Shown in pieces: positions 8,779 to 18,678 of a DNA stretch of 64,000 nt. Position 1 is the first letter of the stretch; each line of letters opens with the position of its first letter. The notes under the pieces were generated by a model. It did not search any database and was not told where the DNA came from. It was given only the letters and a program-made list of their open reading frames with translations. A program made the position numbers and the translations under genes. The stretch comes from Nitrospinales bacterium (GTDB lineage Bacteria > Nitrospinota > Nitrospinia > Nitrospinales > VA-1). Location: positions 12,607-76,606 of the forward strand of contig JBLFWU010000009.1 of NCBI GenBank assembly GCA_047610985.1, given 5' to 3'.

Positions 8779-9041
8779 ACCATCTCACCTATATACTCAC
8801 TGGGCTTTCTTCTCGCTATCACCTTCTTTTCCTTATAAACCAGCATTTCTCCAGAAAGAATGATATACATGGCATCTGCAATATCGCCCTCTTCAAAAAG
8901 CACTTCATAAGGCTCAAGCGTAATTATTCTGGAAGAACGTGCCAGTTTTTCAAGGGTCTCTTCAGAGAAAAAGCCAAGAAAGTCCACATTCTTCAGTTGC
9001 GCTAAATTTTCCAATTTGTTCGTTGCAAGTTCTTCAGACAT
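8775..9041 (-). CDS. N-terminal fragment of a cyclic-nucleotide-binding domain, 5' part of the frameshifted gene above
   Basis: ORF ends ...PSEYIGEMV*, exactly where the paralog at 2107-2787 continues GEMALIESKPRS. The stop TGA overlaps the GTG of the downstream ORF (GTGA). Start chosen at MSEELATNK (9041); the track start is 9074. Confidence 0.7.
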   Translation of the reverse strand: MSEELATNKLENLAQLKNVDFLGFFSEETLEKLARSSRIITLEPYEVLFEEGDIADAMYIILSGEMLVYKEKKVIARRKPSEYIGEMV

Positions 9042-9286
9042 AAAACCCAGCTCGATATAGTGAATAAAAAACAAGTCTGATATAATTATTTTTTCATACA
9101 GCGTTGAGTATAATTTCTTTTATTGAAAAAAAAACCCCCACCCTTAGGGGGTAGTGATATTTACATTGTTTTAAAAGGACTTAACCTATTATTTGTTACA
9201 CAACATTTACATTATTCATCTTGCCTCCCTTCAAGAGCTTATCGAAACTCGAATAAAAACTATAAGTAAAGAGAGCGAAGAAGAAA

Positions 9287-11560
9287 TTGAATACAAAAAA
9301 TAAAGGATACTCCACTTATATTGCAGGTTTTACAATAACCCTGCTTTTAATATTTATATATGCAGTTTCTCCCACCGCATTAACTCGACTCGATTACCTT
9401 TTCCAAAACATTCATTTTCAATTACGCGGCCCTATTGAACCCTCTTCTAATATTGTTATCGCAGAAATTGATGAAAAAAGCATAGACACATTGGGTAGGT
9501 GGCCCTGGCCTAGATCCACTTTCGCAAAAATAACTGAAAACCTTTCAAATTTAAATGCCAGTGTCATCGCATTTGATGTCATATTTTCATCTCCTGAAAA
9601 AAATCCATTAGAAGATAATCTGATTGAACTGGAAGAAATGATTCCAGAAAGCATTCCGCAAAATTCTTCAGCAAAAAATTATTTAAAACAGCTCATAAAC
9701 CAAAGTAATCCTGATGAAATTTTTTCTAAAACTCTTTCTGATGGGAGTAATACGGTACTTGGATATTTTTTCCATTTTTCACCCGATGGCCTTGGCCAAC
9801 TTACAGAAGAGAAACGTCATCATTTTTTTGAAGATATAAAAAAATCGCAATTCAGAGGATTTTTAAAATCCCATTCCGATTTAGATATTTCTCACCTACT
9901 TTTTCCAAAAGTTTATGCTATCGAATCAAATCTGGCTTCTTTCTCTGATGCTGCATCTGGTTCTGGTTATTTCACTTTTAATGTTGACCTTGATGGAATG
10001 ATTCGACGTTTACCTTTAATCGTGCGTTATCACGATAGTATTACTAAAAAGGATTTTTATTTTCCACCACTCTCCTTACGAATACTCGAAACCTATTTAG
10101 AGGGAACATTGCTCTTTCGAGTCGGGGAAGCGGGGATGGAAGAAGTCATAATGGATTCTGATGAGTCCGTAATCATACCCACCAATCCCCAAGGCGAACT
10201 AGAAATTAACCATCTGGGGCCTCGAGGGACTTTTTCAAGCTTTTCTATCAGCGATCTTTTACAACCTGAAAAACAATCGAAACTAAAAGAAAAGATACAA
10301 GGAAATATTGTATTGATAGGGGCAACGGCAACGGCTCTTGAAGATTTAAGGTCTACGCCGTTCGACCCGGCTCTACCGGGAGTAGAAATCCATGCGACTA
10401 TTTTAGACAATTTTTTCAACAAATCGTTTCTGTCGCAAGCCTCCCCTCTCTACGATTTACTTTTAATTATTATTACGGGGATTTTATGCACCCTCATCTA
10501 TTCTCGAATCAAACCTTTTTCAGGCCTCATTTTCTGGGTTTTCAGCAGTCTCATGTTTTTCCTTTTTGGTCATTGGGTTTTTGTGGAAAAAGGTTTTTGG
10601 TTAACAGATATATATCCTTTTTTTACCAATACTAGTATCGCCGCCTTAATCATGATCAATCATTATATTCGCGAAGAAGAACAAACAAAATTTATCAAAG
10701 AAGTGTTTGGTCAATATCTTTCCCCAAGAGTGGTGAAAGATTTGCTAACAGACCCCTCAAGATTAAAGCTGGGTGGCGAGCAAAAAGAGCTTTCTGCATT
10801 CTTTACAGATCTTGCAAACTTCACAACTTTTTCAGAAAAACTTTCAGCGGAAGACCTGGTATCCCTTTTAAACAGCTATTTCACTGAAATGACGGATATA
10901 TTAATAAGAAATGATGGGACTCTGGACCGCTACGATGGAGATGCAATTAAAGCATTTTTTGGAGCTCCCATGTATTTCAAAGATCATGCCAAACGCGCCT
11001 GCTGGACTTGTATTGAAATGCAGGAAAGACTCAGTGAGCTTAGAAAAGAATATAAGCAACAGGGAAAACCAGAGTTGGTCATGCGAGTGGGTATCAACAC
11101 AGGGGAAATGGTTGTCGGTAACATTGGGTCAAGCACACGTATGAGCTACGGCATGAATGGCGACTCCGTCAATTTAGCTGCTCGCCTTGAAGGCGCAAAC
11201 AAACAATATGGTAGTTGCTCCCTCATTAGCGAATCCACTTACCAGCAAGCAAAAGAGTTTATAGAAGTAAGAGAACTCGATACCCTTCGCGTTGTTGGTC
11301 GTGCGACCCCTATAAAAATTTATGAATTATTAGGGAAGAAAGGCAGTGATAATTTCCCAATAGCCTTATCTGATTATTTGGAAGGGCTGGATAATTATAA
11401 AGCTCAGAATTGGCAGGACGCGATTAAAAACTTTCAAAAAGCCTTAAAGATTGACCCTGATGATGGCCCTTCAAACACCTATCTGGAGCGATGCAAGATA
11501 TTCATGAAATCACCTCCTGGAGAGGATTGGGACGGGATATTTAATTTAACCAAAAAGTAA
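9287..11560 (+). CDS. CHASE2 sensor-domain class III adenylate/guanylate cyclase with a C-terminal TPR
   Basis: 757 aa, TTG start. N-terminal TM, ~350-aa periplasmic CHASE2-like region (IDEKSIDTLGRWPWPRS), TM cluster at aa 390-460, and cyclase homology domain (SAFFTDLANFTTFSE...RYDGDAIKAFFGAP...VGINTGEMVVGNIGS). Confidence 0.85.
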   Translation: MNTKNKGYSTYIAGFTITLLLIFIYAVSPTALTRLDYLFQNIHFQLRGPIEPSSNIVIAEIDEKSIDTLGRWPWPRSTFAKITENLSNLNASVIAFDVIFSSPEKNPLEDNLIELEEMIPESIPQNSSAKNYLKQLINQSNPDEIFSKTLSDGSNTVLGYFFHFSPDGLGQLTEEKRHHFFEDIKKSQFRGFLKSHSDLDISHLLFPKVYAIESNLASFSDAASGSGYFTFNVDLDGMIRRLPLIVRYHDSITKKDFYFPPLSLRILETYLEGTLLFRVGEAGMEEVIMDSDESVIIPTNPQGELEINHLGPRGTFSSFSISDLLQPEKQSKLKEKIQGNIVLIGATATALEDLRSTPFDPALPGVEIHATILDNFFNKSFLSQASPLYDLLLIIITGILCTLIYSRIKPFSGLIFWVFSSLMFFLFGHWVFVEKGFWLTDIYPFFTNTSIAALIMINHYIREEEQTKFIKEVFGQYLSPRVVKDLLTDPSRLKLGGEQKELSAFFTDLANFTTFSEKLSAEDLVSLLNSYFTEMTDILIRNDGTLDRYDGDAIKAFFGAPMYFKDHAKRACWTCIEMQERLSELRKEYKQQGKPELVMRVGINTGEMVVGNIGSSTRMSYGMNGDSVNLAARLEGANKQYGSCSLISESTYQQAKEFIEVRELDTLRVVGRATPIKIYELLGKKGSDNFPIALSDYLEGLDNYKAQNWQDAIKNFQKALKIDPDDGPSNTYLERCKIFMKSPPGEDWDGIFNLTKK

Positions 11561-11574
11561 TATTTGATACACTT

Positions 11575-12366
11575 TCAGGAAGATTCTGGGGAGTCCGCTT
11601 CGATAGTACGTTGATATTCTTGCAAAATAGCATCCTGCGTTTTTTGATCGGCTGCCTTATAAATGCGGATGGTTTCAAAATGCTGGCCCTGCTGAATCCG
11701 CAATAATTTTAGTCGCATCAATTCAAGAATGGCTAGAAAGGTTACGATAACCTCCTGCTTGCTATTTAGAACTGTGAAAAATGAATCGAAAGTAACACTA
11801 TCCGACGAGTTTAAAATATCCAGAACATGTTGTATTCGATCGGTGACCGACATTTCGGTGATTTCAATTTCATAGTCTTTCTCAAAAGTTTTCGTATCTA
11901 AAATATTCTGATACGCTTTGAGAAGATCGAATACGGTTGCATCGACCAGTTCGCGATTTTCTGAGCTTTCCTCTATTTCAAGTTCACCGCCTCTGGAAAA
12001 AACCTGCTGCCGGTCGTGTTCTTTCATTCGCAGTTCAAATGCGGCATCACGATAACGTTGATATTCTCGCAAGCGGCGCATCAGTTCTGCGCGCGGGTCT
12101 TCCCCACCTTCAAACTCAGTTTCCTCATCGGTTTCCTGGGACGGTAATAATATTTTCGACTTGATCCGGGTTAGCTCTGCGGCCATTACCAGATACTCGC
12201 CCACCAGTTCCAAATTCATCTCCTGCATCATTTCCAGATATCGTAAATACTGTCGAGTGATTTCTGCAATGGAAATATCATAGATATCCATTTTCTGCTC
12301 TTTTAGCAGATGTAATAAAAGGTCCAGAGGGCCTTCAAAGATTTCGAGCTTGCATTGATAAGTCAT
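11575..12366 (-). CDS. scpA: segregation and condensation protein A
   Basis: 263 aa. The N-terminus FEGPLDLLLHLLKEQKMDIYDISIAEITRQYL is the classic ScpA signature. Confidence 0.9.
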   Translation of the reverse strand: MTYQCKLEIFEGPLDLLLHLLKEQKMDIYDISIAEITRQYLRYLEMMQEMNLELVGEYLVMAAELTRIKSKILLPSQETDEETEFEGGEDPRAELMRRLREYQRYRDAAFELRMKEHDRQQVFSRGGELEIEESSENRELVDATVFDLLKAYQNILDTKTFEKDYEIEITEMSVTDRIQHVLDILNSSDSVTFDSFFTVLNSKQEVIVTFLAILELMRLKLLRIQQGQHFETIRIYKAADQKTQDAILQEYQRTIEADSPESS

Positions 12367-12478
12367 TTAAATAAACCGAAAGGTGATAAAATTCGTTGCA
12401 TTATAAAAGGGTTCGTTTTCAAAAACACTTAAATTTCAAAGAAGGGACTGATCTTCCCTCTTCAACTTTGTAACTGGA

Positions 12479-13207
12479 TTAAATATCGCCCCATTTAGAT
12501 TGCAGTAACGACAAAACTACCAGCGGCGCGGTTTCTGCGCGCAATATTCTAGGGCCTAATCCTACTGTCTGAAAACCATGGCTACGGGCTGTCTCTACTT
12601 CTTCAATAGTGAAACCGCCCTCCGGGCCGATCAACACACTCACTGAAGATGGAGTTTTTTCTGGATTAATATCTTTCAAGCCTTTCTCACTTTCCAACTC
12701 CCAAAACATCAATTTCAAATCTGTCTCACTTCTCTGTTGGCAAAAAACATCTAGCTTAATAACACTTTCTGAAACGTTAGGGATCGAACTTCGGCCGCAT
12801 TGCTTGCAACTTTCTTCCGCGATTTTTTGCCAACGGGCAATCTTTTTATTACTGTCACTTTTCACCATCGTGCGTTCCGTCATTAATGGTGTGATCGTTT
12901 CGACACCCAGTTCGACCGACTTACGCAAAATAACATCAAACTTGTTTCCCTTTATTAAAGATTGGCCGAGGTGAATTTTTAAAGGTGATTCTGTATTCAC
13001 TTTTTCCGATGATATGATTTCACCTTTTACCAGTTGGGCTTTAACATCTGTAAGCTGCACTATAAAAAGAGAACTTTCCCCATCCAACACCTGAATTTTA
13101 TCCCCTATCTGTAACCGTAGAACGGTACGGATATGGCTGGCATCGGTGCCCGTGAGAACAACCGAATCCCCTGAGAAATTTTCATTACCCGCAAAAAAAC
13201 GATGCAT
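12479..13207 (-). CDS. rsmE: 16S rRNA (uracil1498-N3)-methyltransferase
   Basis: 242 aa. MHRFF start, PUA-like N-terminus, KSVELGVETITPLMTERT and C-terminal IGPEGGFT..E...LGPRILRAETAP. Confidence 0.9.
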   Translation of the reverse strand: MHRFFAGNENFSGDSVVLTGTDASHIRTVLRLQIGDKIQVLDGESSLFIVQLTDVKAQLVKGEIISSEKVNTESPLKIHLGQSLIKGNKFDVILRKSVELGVETITPLMTERTMVKSDSNKKIARWQKIAEESCKQCGRSSIPNVSESVIKLDVFCQQRSETDLKLMFWELESEKGLKDINPEKTPSSVSVLIGPEGGFTIEEVETARSHGFQTVGLGPRILRAETAPLVVLSLLQSKWGDI

Positions 13208-13936
13208 TTATTGTATCGCCAAATCGATTCGCAACAAGTCTTCCAGCGAATGCAATTCATAATCAGGGTTAATACCTGCAGGTAAACTCTTACCGCCCCT
13301 GTTCAACCATGCACTCTTCATCCCAACACCTTGCGCCCCTACTACATCCATAGAAATATTATCTCCAACAAAAAGAATTTCTTCCGGTTTCATACCCAAA
13401 TGGGTTAGGGCCAATTCAAATATCGAGGGATGCGGTTTTCGATAGGGTGTATCTGAAGAAAATATAGTAAATTCGAAGAAAGGTTTTAGCCCTGTTGCTT
13501 GCATTTCCTTTTCTTTCATAAATACTGGATTGGTGGTATTGGAAATAATTCCCATTCGCGCACCCATATTCTTAAAAGAGCTCAATACTGATACAACTTC
13601 TGGGTACACTTTTCTTTCCGAATAAACTTCCAGATAATAAACCTCTAAAAGTTTATTCAAATTGATATCCTCATTTAATGGAATTCCAAAATGGTTTATC
13701 AGTTTTTGTAGGGCCACTTCAAAACGGGCTTCTTGATTGGTGGTACGCGAGTTTTCGATCATAGGACGGAAAGTCTTTCTCGACTTATCAAGGAACTCTT
13801 CGAAATCGGGAAGAGAAATATTTTTTTGGCCTAAAAATGAAAATACTATTTTTAGTGGCTTACGATCATCTTCTTTACCGAGATCGACCAATGTATAAGC
13901 CCAGTCAAAGCCAATTGCTTTAAAAGGAAAATTCAT
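13208..13936 (-). CDS. HAD-superfamily hydrolase (haloacid dehalogenase-like subfamily)
   Basis: Motif I variant IGFDWAYTLVDL, motif II ISNT, motif IV VGDNISMDVVGA. Confidence 0.75.
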   Translation of the reverse strand: MNFPFKAIGFDWAYTLVDLGKEDDRKPLKIVFSFLGQKNISLPDFEEFLDKSRKTFRPMIENSRTTNQEARFEVALQKLINHFGIPLNEDINLNKLLEVYYLEVYSERKVYPEVVSVLSSFKNMGARMGIISNTTNPVFMKEKEMQATGLKPFFEFTIFSSDTPYRKPHPSIFELALTHLGMKPEEILFVGDNISMDVVGAQGVGMKSAWLNRGGKSLPAGINPDYELHSLEDLLRIDLAIQ

Positions 13937-14108
13937 TTCTTACCTATTGTTGTTGTCAATATAGAGGTAGGGTTTGGGGGAAGCATGGAACGGATAAAAA
14001 AGGCAATAAACATATATAAATCAAATGGGAAGCTCCCTAAAGGCCACTAGATTTACTCCCTGGTTTTTATCTCAATGAAAAACAAATGAATTGATTTTGA
14101 ATCTTGAC

Positions 14109-14137
14109 TTGACCTATTAACTGGCACACTCAATAAT
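14109..14137 (+). promoter_or_regulatory. candidate sigma70-type promoter for the DUF2284 gene
   Basis: TTGACC (14109-14114), 17-nt spacer, AATAAT (14132-14137). Confidence 0.4.
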
Positions 14138-14150
14138 ATTAACATAACCA

Positions 14151-14714
14151 GTGAATAAGAAAAAACGAAAGCCAATGATCCCCGATAATGTCAAATCATT
14201 TCCGAAAAGCGTTCGTTCCAATCAGGAACTAATTCAAGCAGCTCTGGACCTAGGTTGTACGAACGCTAAAGTGGTTTTGACCCATACCATTTCCATGGCC
14301 CATTGGGTTAACCTTCATTGCCAATTTGGTTGCTCACAATATGGCAAACTACTTACTTGCCCGCCTTGCACACCCGACACCGATGAAATGGCTGAAATTC
14401 TCACCGAATACGAAAAGGCTCTTCTCATCAATACAACTCCCAACGCAAATGTGCAGGAAATTGTTGTTCAACTGGAAAACAGCTTCAAACAAAAGGGATA
14501 TTTAAAAGCCTTTGCTCTTGGCGCACAGCCTTGCAACTTGTGCGATCCCTGCACTGTCTCAACCTTTTGCCAACATCCCGAAAAAGCTCGACCCACGCTA
14601 CAAGCCTGCGGAATCGATGTAAAAACTACCGTAGATCAAAATGGCTGGACTGACCTCGCCCTACAGAAACCCTGTTCCGAATCTCATACCATCGGGATGA
14701 TACTACTCAGCTGA
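14151..14714 (+). CDS. predicted metal-binding protein (DUF2284-like, Cys-rich)
   Basis: 187 aa. Cys cluster HCQFGCSQYGKLLTCPPCTP plus C-terminal CNLCDPC...C. GTG start; the ATG at 14175 is an alternative. Confidence 0.55.
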   Translation: MNKKKRKPMIPDNVKSFPKSVRSNQELIQAALDLGCTNAKVVLTHTISMAHWVNLHCQFGCSQYGKLLTCPPCTPDTDEMAEILTEYEKALLINTTPNANVQEIVVQLENSFKQKGYLKAFALGAQPCNLCDPCTVSTFCQHPEKARPTLQACGIDVKTTVDQNGWTDLALQKPCSESHTIGMILLS

Positions 14715-14893
14715 AACAAAATACTTCCAAAAAAATTTAGTTCAATTCCCATCCCCGCCCCCAAAACTCACTAGCTTTAAAGATTCTAACACCCATAAGC
14801 TGTTACTTCTAAAACGTTAAAACACTAATTTACAATCAATGAAAATATGGTTACAATCAAAATTCACCAATTCAATTTCAGAGGACTCAATAT

Positions 14894-15277
14894 ATGGAAT
14901 CCATTGAATCGCAGATGACAACTCCCGTAATAAGCATTTATTCTGAAGCTACTGCACAGGAAGCAGGCCAGCTTATGAAAGAAAAAAGAATCAGCTCTCT
15001 CCTGATAAAGGGATATGAAGGTTATGTGGGAATTGTTTCAGAAAGAGATTTAGTCTATCAAGTAGTTGGTGAGGGTTTGGACCCAAAAACCGTTCCTCTT
15101 TCTTCGATAATGTCAGAATCCATCTTATCTATAGAAAAAACAGCATCGAGTTCTGAAGCAAGCATTTTGATGTTGGAATACAAAATCAACCATCTTGCTA
15201 TTACCGAGAACGAAGAAATTGTAGGCATTTTATCTATCAAAGATTTGGTTCAGACTAAGGAAAAAAAATCTACCTAA
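14894..15277 (+). CDS. CBS-pair domain protein
   Basis: 127 aa. Two CBS repeats (ISSLLIKGYEGYVGIVSERDL; NHLAITENEEIVGILSIKDL). Confidence 0.85.
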   Translation: MESIESQMTTPVISIYSEATAQEAGQLMKEKRISSLLIKGYEGYVGIVSERDLVYQVVGEGLDPKTVPLSSIMSESILSIEKTASSSEASILMLEYKINHLAITENEEIVGILSIKDLVQTKEKKST

Positions 15278-15283
15278 GTAGTT

Positions 15284-16522
15284 TCATTTTTCTTTTTTGG
15301 GCCAGGACTGGATTACGTTCTTCCCAACCAATTCATTTAATTCCTGAAGATCATCTCTGTTAATCCCTAGGAAATAGAGAATTAGTTTAAGATCATGCAT
15401 GTTGATGCTGGCCTGCGCCTGACGCTGAACTATGGGTTTAGCATTAAAAGCAATGCCCAAACCTGCTCTTGCCAACATTTTAATATCGTTGGCGCCATCA
15501 CCAACCGCGACAACCTGCCGAAGTGAAAACCCTTCTCTTTCAGCCAAAGAAACTAGCGCTTTTTCTTTTCCTTGCGCATCAATAATTTCTCCCTGCAACT
15601 CTCCTGTGACGACACCATTCTCAATCTTAAGCTGATTGGCAATACCATAATCCAGTCCATAACGGCTACATAATTTTCCAATAAAATAGTCGAACCCACC
15701 GCTGACTAAAGCTATTTTATATCCCAAATGTTTCAAAATTCTAACTAGGTTTTCAGCGCCAGAAGTAAGCGGAAGGTTATCGGCAAGCTTTTCAAGCGCT
15801 TTTTCAGGGAGTCCTTTCAAAAAACCTACCCGCTCACGGAGTGCTGTTTTAAAATCTATTTCCCCATTCATGGCTTTGCGAGTAATCTCGGCCATTTTTT
15901 CTCCTTTACCTGCAAGCTTGCCCAACTCATCAATCACTTCGCATTGCAAAAAAGTCATATCGGCATCAAAAACAATCAACCTTTTATTGCGACGGAAATA
16001 GGTTTCTTCCTGCACGGCGATATCGATCCTATAATTTTCCTTGAAGCGCACCAATGCATTTAAAACGTCTTCTGTTGAATAAGCTTTACGCGTTCCAATT
16101 ACGAATTCAAGCACATGAATATCACCCGAATCCAACTGTTCAATCCTTAGGATATTGATATCAAGGTCGGCAAAAGTTTGGGTGATTTCCAAAAAAGCCG
16201 TTGAGGGAAAAGACTCACAAAGCAGGGTAACAACGGAACGGTGTGAATAAGAAGACTCAGACTGTGACTCTGACTTCCAAGGGTAGATTGCAATCTTTAG
16301 CCCTTTCTCCTCAGCATAGCCCGCCAAAGCTTCCTTTAAGGGTGGGATCAAACTCTCATCGTCTTCATCAAGTAAAATGGAAAGGTTGAGCATTCCGTTA
16401 AAAACAAATTGCTTGATATCCACAACATTCCAGCCAACCTTGACGATAAACTCAAGAGTCTCCGCCAGAATACCTGGTCTGTCGTGTGCCGAAATTTGGA
16501 TATGTAAAGAAGATTTGGACAT
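15284..16522 (-). CDS. serB: phosphoserine phosphatase with N-terminal ACT domains
   Basis: 412 aa. ACT-like N-terminus (ISAHDRPGILA), HAD motif I LIVFDADMTFLQCEVIDELG, and motif IV AVGDGANDIKML. Confidence 0.9.
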   Translation of the reverse strand: MSKSSLHIQISAHDRPGILAETLEFIVKVGWNVVDIKQFVFNGMLNLSILLDEDDESLIPPLKEALAGYAEEKGLKIAIYPWKSESQSESSYSHRSVVTLLCESFPSTAFLEITQTFADLDINILRIEQLDSGDIHVLEFVIGTRKAYSTEDVLNALVRFKENYRIDIAVQEETYFRRNKRLIVFDADMTFLQCEVIDELGKLAGKGEKMAEITRKAMNGEIDFKTALRERVGFLKGLPEKALEKLADNLPLTSGAENLVRILKHLGYKIALVSGGFDYFIGKLCSRYGLDYGIANQLKIENGVVTGELQGEIIDAQGKEKALVSLAEREGFSLRQVVAVGDGANDIKMLARAGLGIAFNAKPIVQRQAQASINMHDLKLILYFLGINRDDLQELNELVGKNVIQSWPKKEK

Positions 16523-16525
16523 TCG

Positions 16526-16981
16526 TTAACCTTGCGGCTTATACCGCCACCCTTCCCTTTTTTTACAGGTCCAACCATCATTAACTTGAAAGGTGGAAAG
16601 GCTTTCCAATGTTTGGGAACTAAACAATGCAACTACCCCCATACCTGCTATCGGATTATCTTTTAAATGCAAGCGTTTCAGTTTTCCAAGAAATTTTGCT
16701 TTTGCCAAAATCTCCAGTCCCTGATCGCTGATGCTATTTTTATTTAAATTTAAATATTGGATATTTTCAAGCAAAGGGCAATTCACCAAATCCTGAATAC
16801 CTTCGTCTCCCAGCTGATTGTCATCCAGATCAAGCCAGCTTACTTCATTCATTCTTGGTGATTCCCAAAGCAACCTGGCTTCTCCTGCGGTGAGGCCCTT
16901 GCCGCTCAGCATCAATTGATTACCTCGTAAGCGACCTTCAAAAATCATATCAACATTTTCAAACCTAGTTTCCTGAGACAT
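16526..16981 (-). CDS. cytoplasmic leucine-rich-repeat (RNI-like) protein
   Basis: 151 aa. LRR units LDLDDNQLGDEGIQDL, LNLNKNSISDQGLEIL, LHLKDNPIAGMG. No signal peptide. The stop lies 3 nt before the serB start. Confidence 0.7.
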   Translation of the reverse strand: MSQETRFENVDMIFEGRLRGNQLMLSGKGLTAGEARLLWESPRMNEVSWLDLDDNQLGDEGIQDLVNCPLLENIQYLNLNKNSISDQGLEILAKAKFLGKLKRLHLKDNPIAGMGVVALFSSQTLESLSTFQVNDGWTCKKREGWRYKPQG

Positions 16982-17061
16982 ACTGACCCCTCATATTTTA
17001 ATTCCCCGATATCGGGGCTGGGTGAAATCTATAACATGAATCGTCGCTGATCGGCAACTCG

Positions 17062-18348
17062 TCATTCTTTTTTACCTTGCTTTGGATCGTCAACGTATTT
17101 CCGGTTCTTTAAGGCTTTCGGCAGATAGTCCTGCTCAACAAAATTCCCTGGATAATCATGCGGGTATTTATAATCCACGCCATACCCATAGGCCGCCTTG
17201 GCATCTTGGTAATGCGTGTCCTTAAGATGGTCTGGAACCGGATAAGAGCGACCTTTATTTTGAATATCATCCAATGCTGCGTCAATCGCGCAAATTGCCG
17301 AATTGCTCTTGGGTGCTTGCGCAACATAGATAACCGCCTGTGCCAGATGTATGCGCGCCTCTGGGAGGCCCAACCTATCAATGGATTCTGCCGCTGCCAG
17401 AGATAATAATAGAGCTTGCGGATCAGCATTGCCAACGTCTTCTGCCGCAGTCACCAGCAAACGCCTTACTATAAACCTAGGATCTTCGCCTCCCGCTATC
17501 ATTTTTGCCAGCCAATAAATCGCTGCATCAGGATCAGATCCTCTTAGGCTCTTTTGAAAAGCCGAGGCGTGATCATAATGTTCCGTGCCTTTTTTATCAT
17601 AGAGGGTGGCGGCGCGCTGAATGATTCCTTCAACCCGTTCCAACGAAACTTTCGATTCCTTTTTTGACAAAACCACGTCGTGCACGGCTTCAAGAACATT
17701 CAAAGCGCAGCGTGCATCACCATTGGCATGACTGACTATCAACTCCCGAGCGTCCTCTTGCAGATTGATTGTGGATTCACCCAAACCATTTTCTTTATCG
17801 CTTACCGCACTTAAAATAATATTGCGGATAGATCCTCTATCCAAAGTTTCCAAGCGAAATATCTGACAACGCGATCGCAATGCTGGTATCACCTCGAAAG
17901 AGGGGTTTTCAGTAGTGCTACCAATTAATCTTATTGTTCCGTTTTCGACGAAAGGCAATACCGCATCCTGTTGTGCCTTGTTAAACCGATGAATTTCATC
18001 CAGAAATAAAATGGTTCTACTTCCCTTTGCCTTCCATATCTGGGTAGCAGATTGAACAACTTTTCTGATATCTGCAACGCCCGCATTCACCGCACTGATT
18101 TCATGAAACACGCTTTCAGTTAATTTTGCAGCAATCCTTGCCAATGTAGTTTTGCCAGAACCGGGAGGGCCCCAAAGTATAAATGAAAGACCGGATTCCG
18201 TTTCAACAAGCTCTCTTAAAGGCAGTCCTTTCCCTATTAAATGCTCCTGCCCAAAATATTTCTCCAGGCTATCCGGGCGCATTCGAGCTGCAAGTGGTTG
18301 CGGAGGAGAACTGTTCGGCAAACTCGTATATTCAGGAAATAATTCCAT
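17062..18348 (-). CDS. rarA: replication-associated recombination protein A (AAA+ ATPase)
   Basis: 428 aa. Walker [12 protein letters not shown], Walker B/sensor [16 protein letters not shown], and the MgsA C-terminal domain ([22 protein letters not shown]). Confidence 0.92.
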   Translation of the reverse strand: MELFPEYTSLPNSSPPQPLAARMRPDSLEKYFGQEHLIGKGLPLRELVETESGLSFILWGPPGSGKTTLARIAAKLTESVFHEISAVNAGVADIRKVVQSATQIWKAKGSRTILFLDEIHRFNKAQQDAVLPFVENGTIRLIGSTTENPSFEVIPALRSRCQIFRLETLDRGSIRNIILSAVSDKENGLGESTINLQEDARELIVSHANGDARCALNVLEAVHDVVLSKKESKVSLERVEGIIQRAATLYDKKGTEHYDHASAFQKSLRGSDPDAAIYWLAKMIAGGEDPRFIVRRLLVTAAEDVGNADPQALLLSLAAAESIDRLGLPEARIHLAQAVIYVAQAPKSNSAICAIDAALDDIQNKGRSYPVPDHLKDTHYQDAKAAYGYGVDYKYPHDYPGNFVEQDYLPKALKNRKYVDDPKQGKKE

Positions 18349-18678
18349 TTTCTCTTTTACTCAAAATTTTATAAAACCTAAGCACTGACAATGCCTTCTG
18401 CTTTGACTAGCATCGACTCATTACCTCGATAGTTCATCGGTTTAAAGAGCCCTCTGGTCCAAGGAACGGACACCTGATCTTAAAGGGAAAAAAGTTGCGG
18501 CCGCAGTCAATATAAGGAGCAAAGTATAACAAATCGGCACATCAATGCTGCCAATGGTTTTAAAAAGAAACCTTTTATTTAAATTCACATAAAGCGGTCG
18601 CGCTCCCAGCCTGAGACCCAATCCAGTTAAACCTCATATGAGAGCCAAATTTCAACAGGATAAAAATTCACCCAAAAA

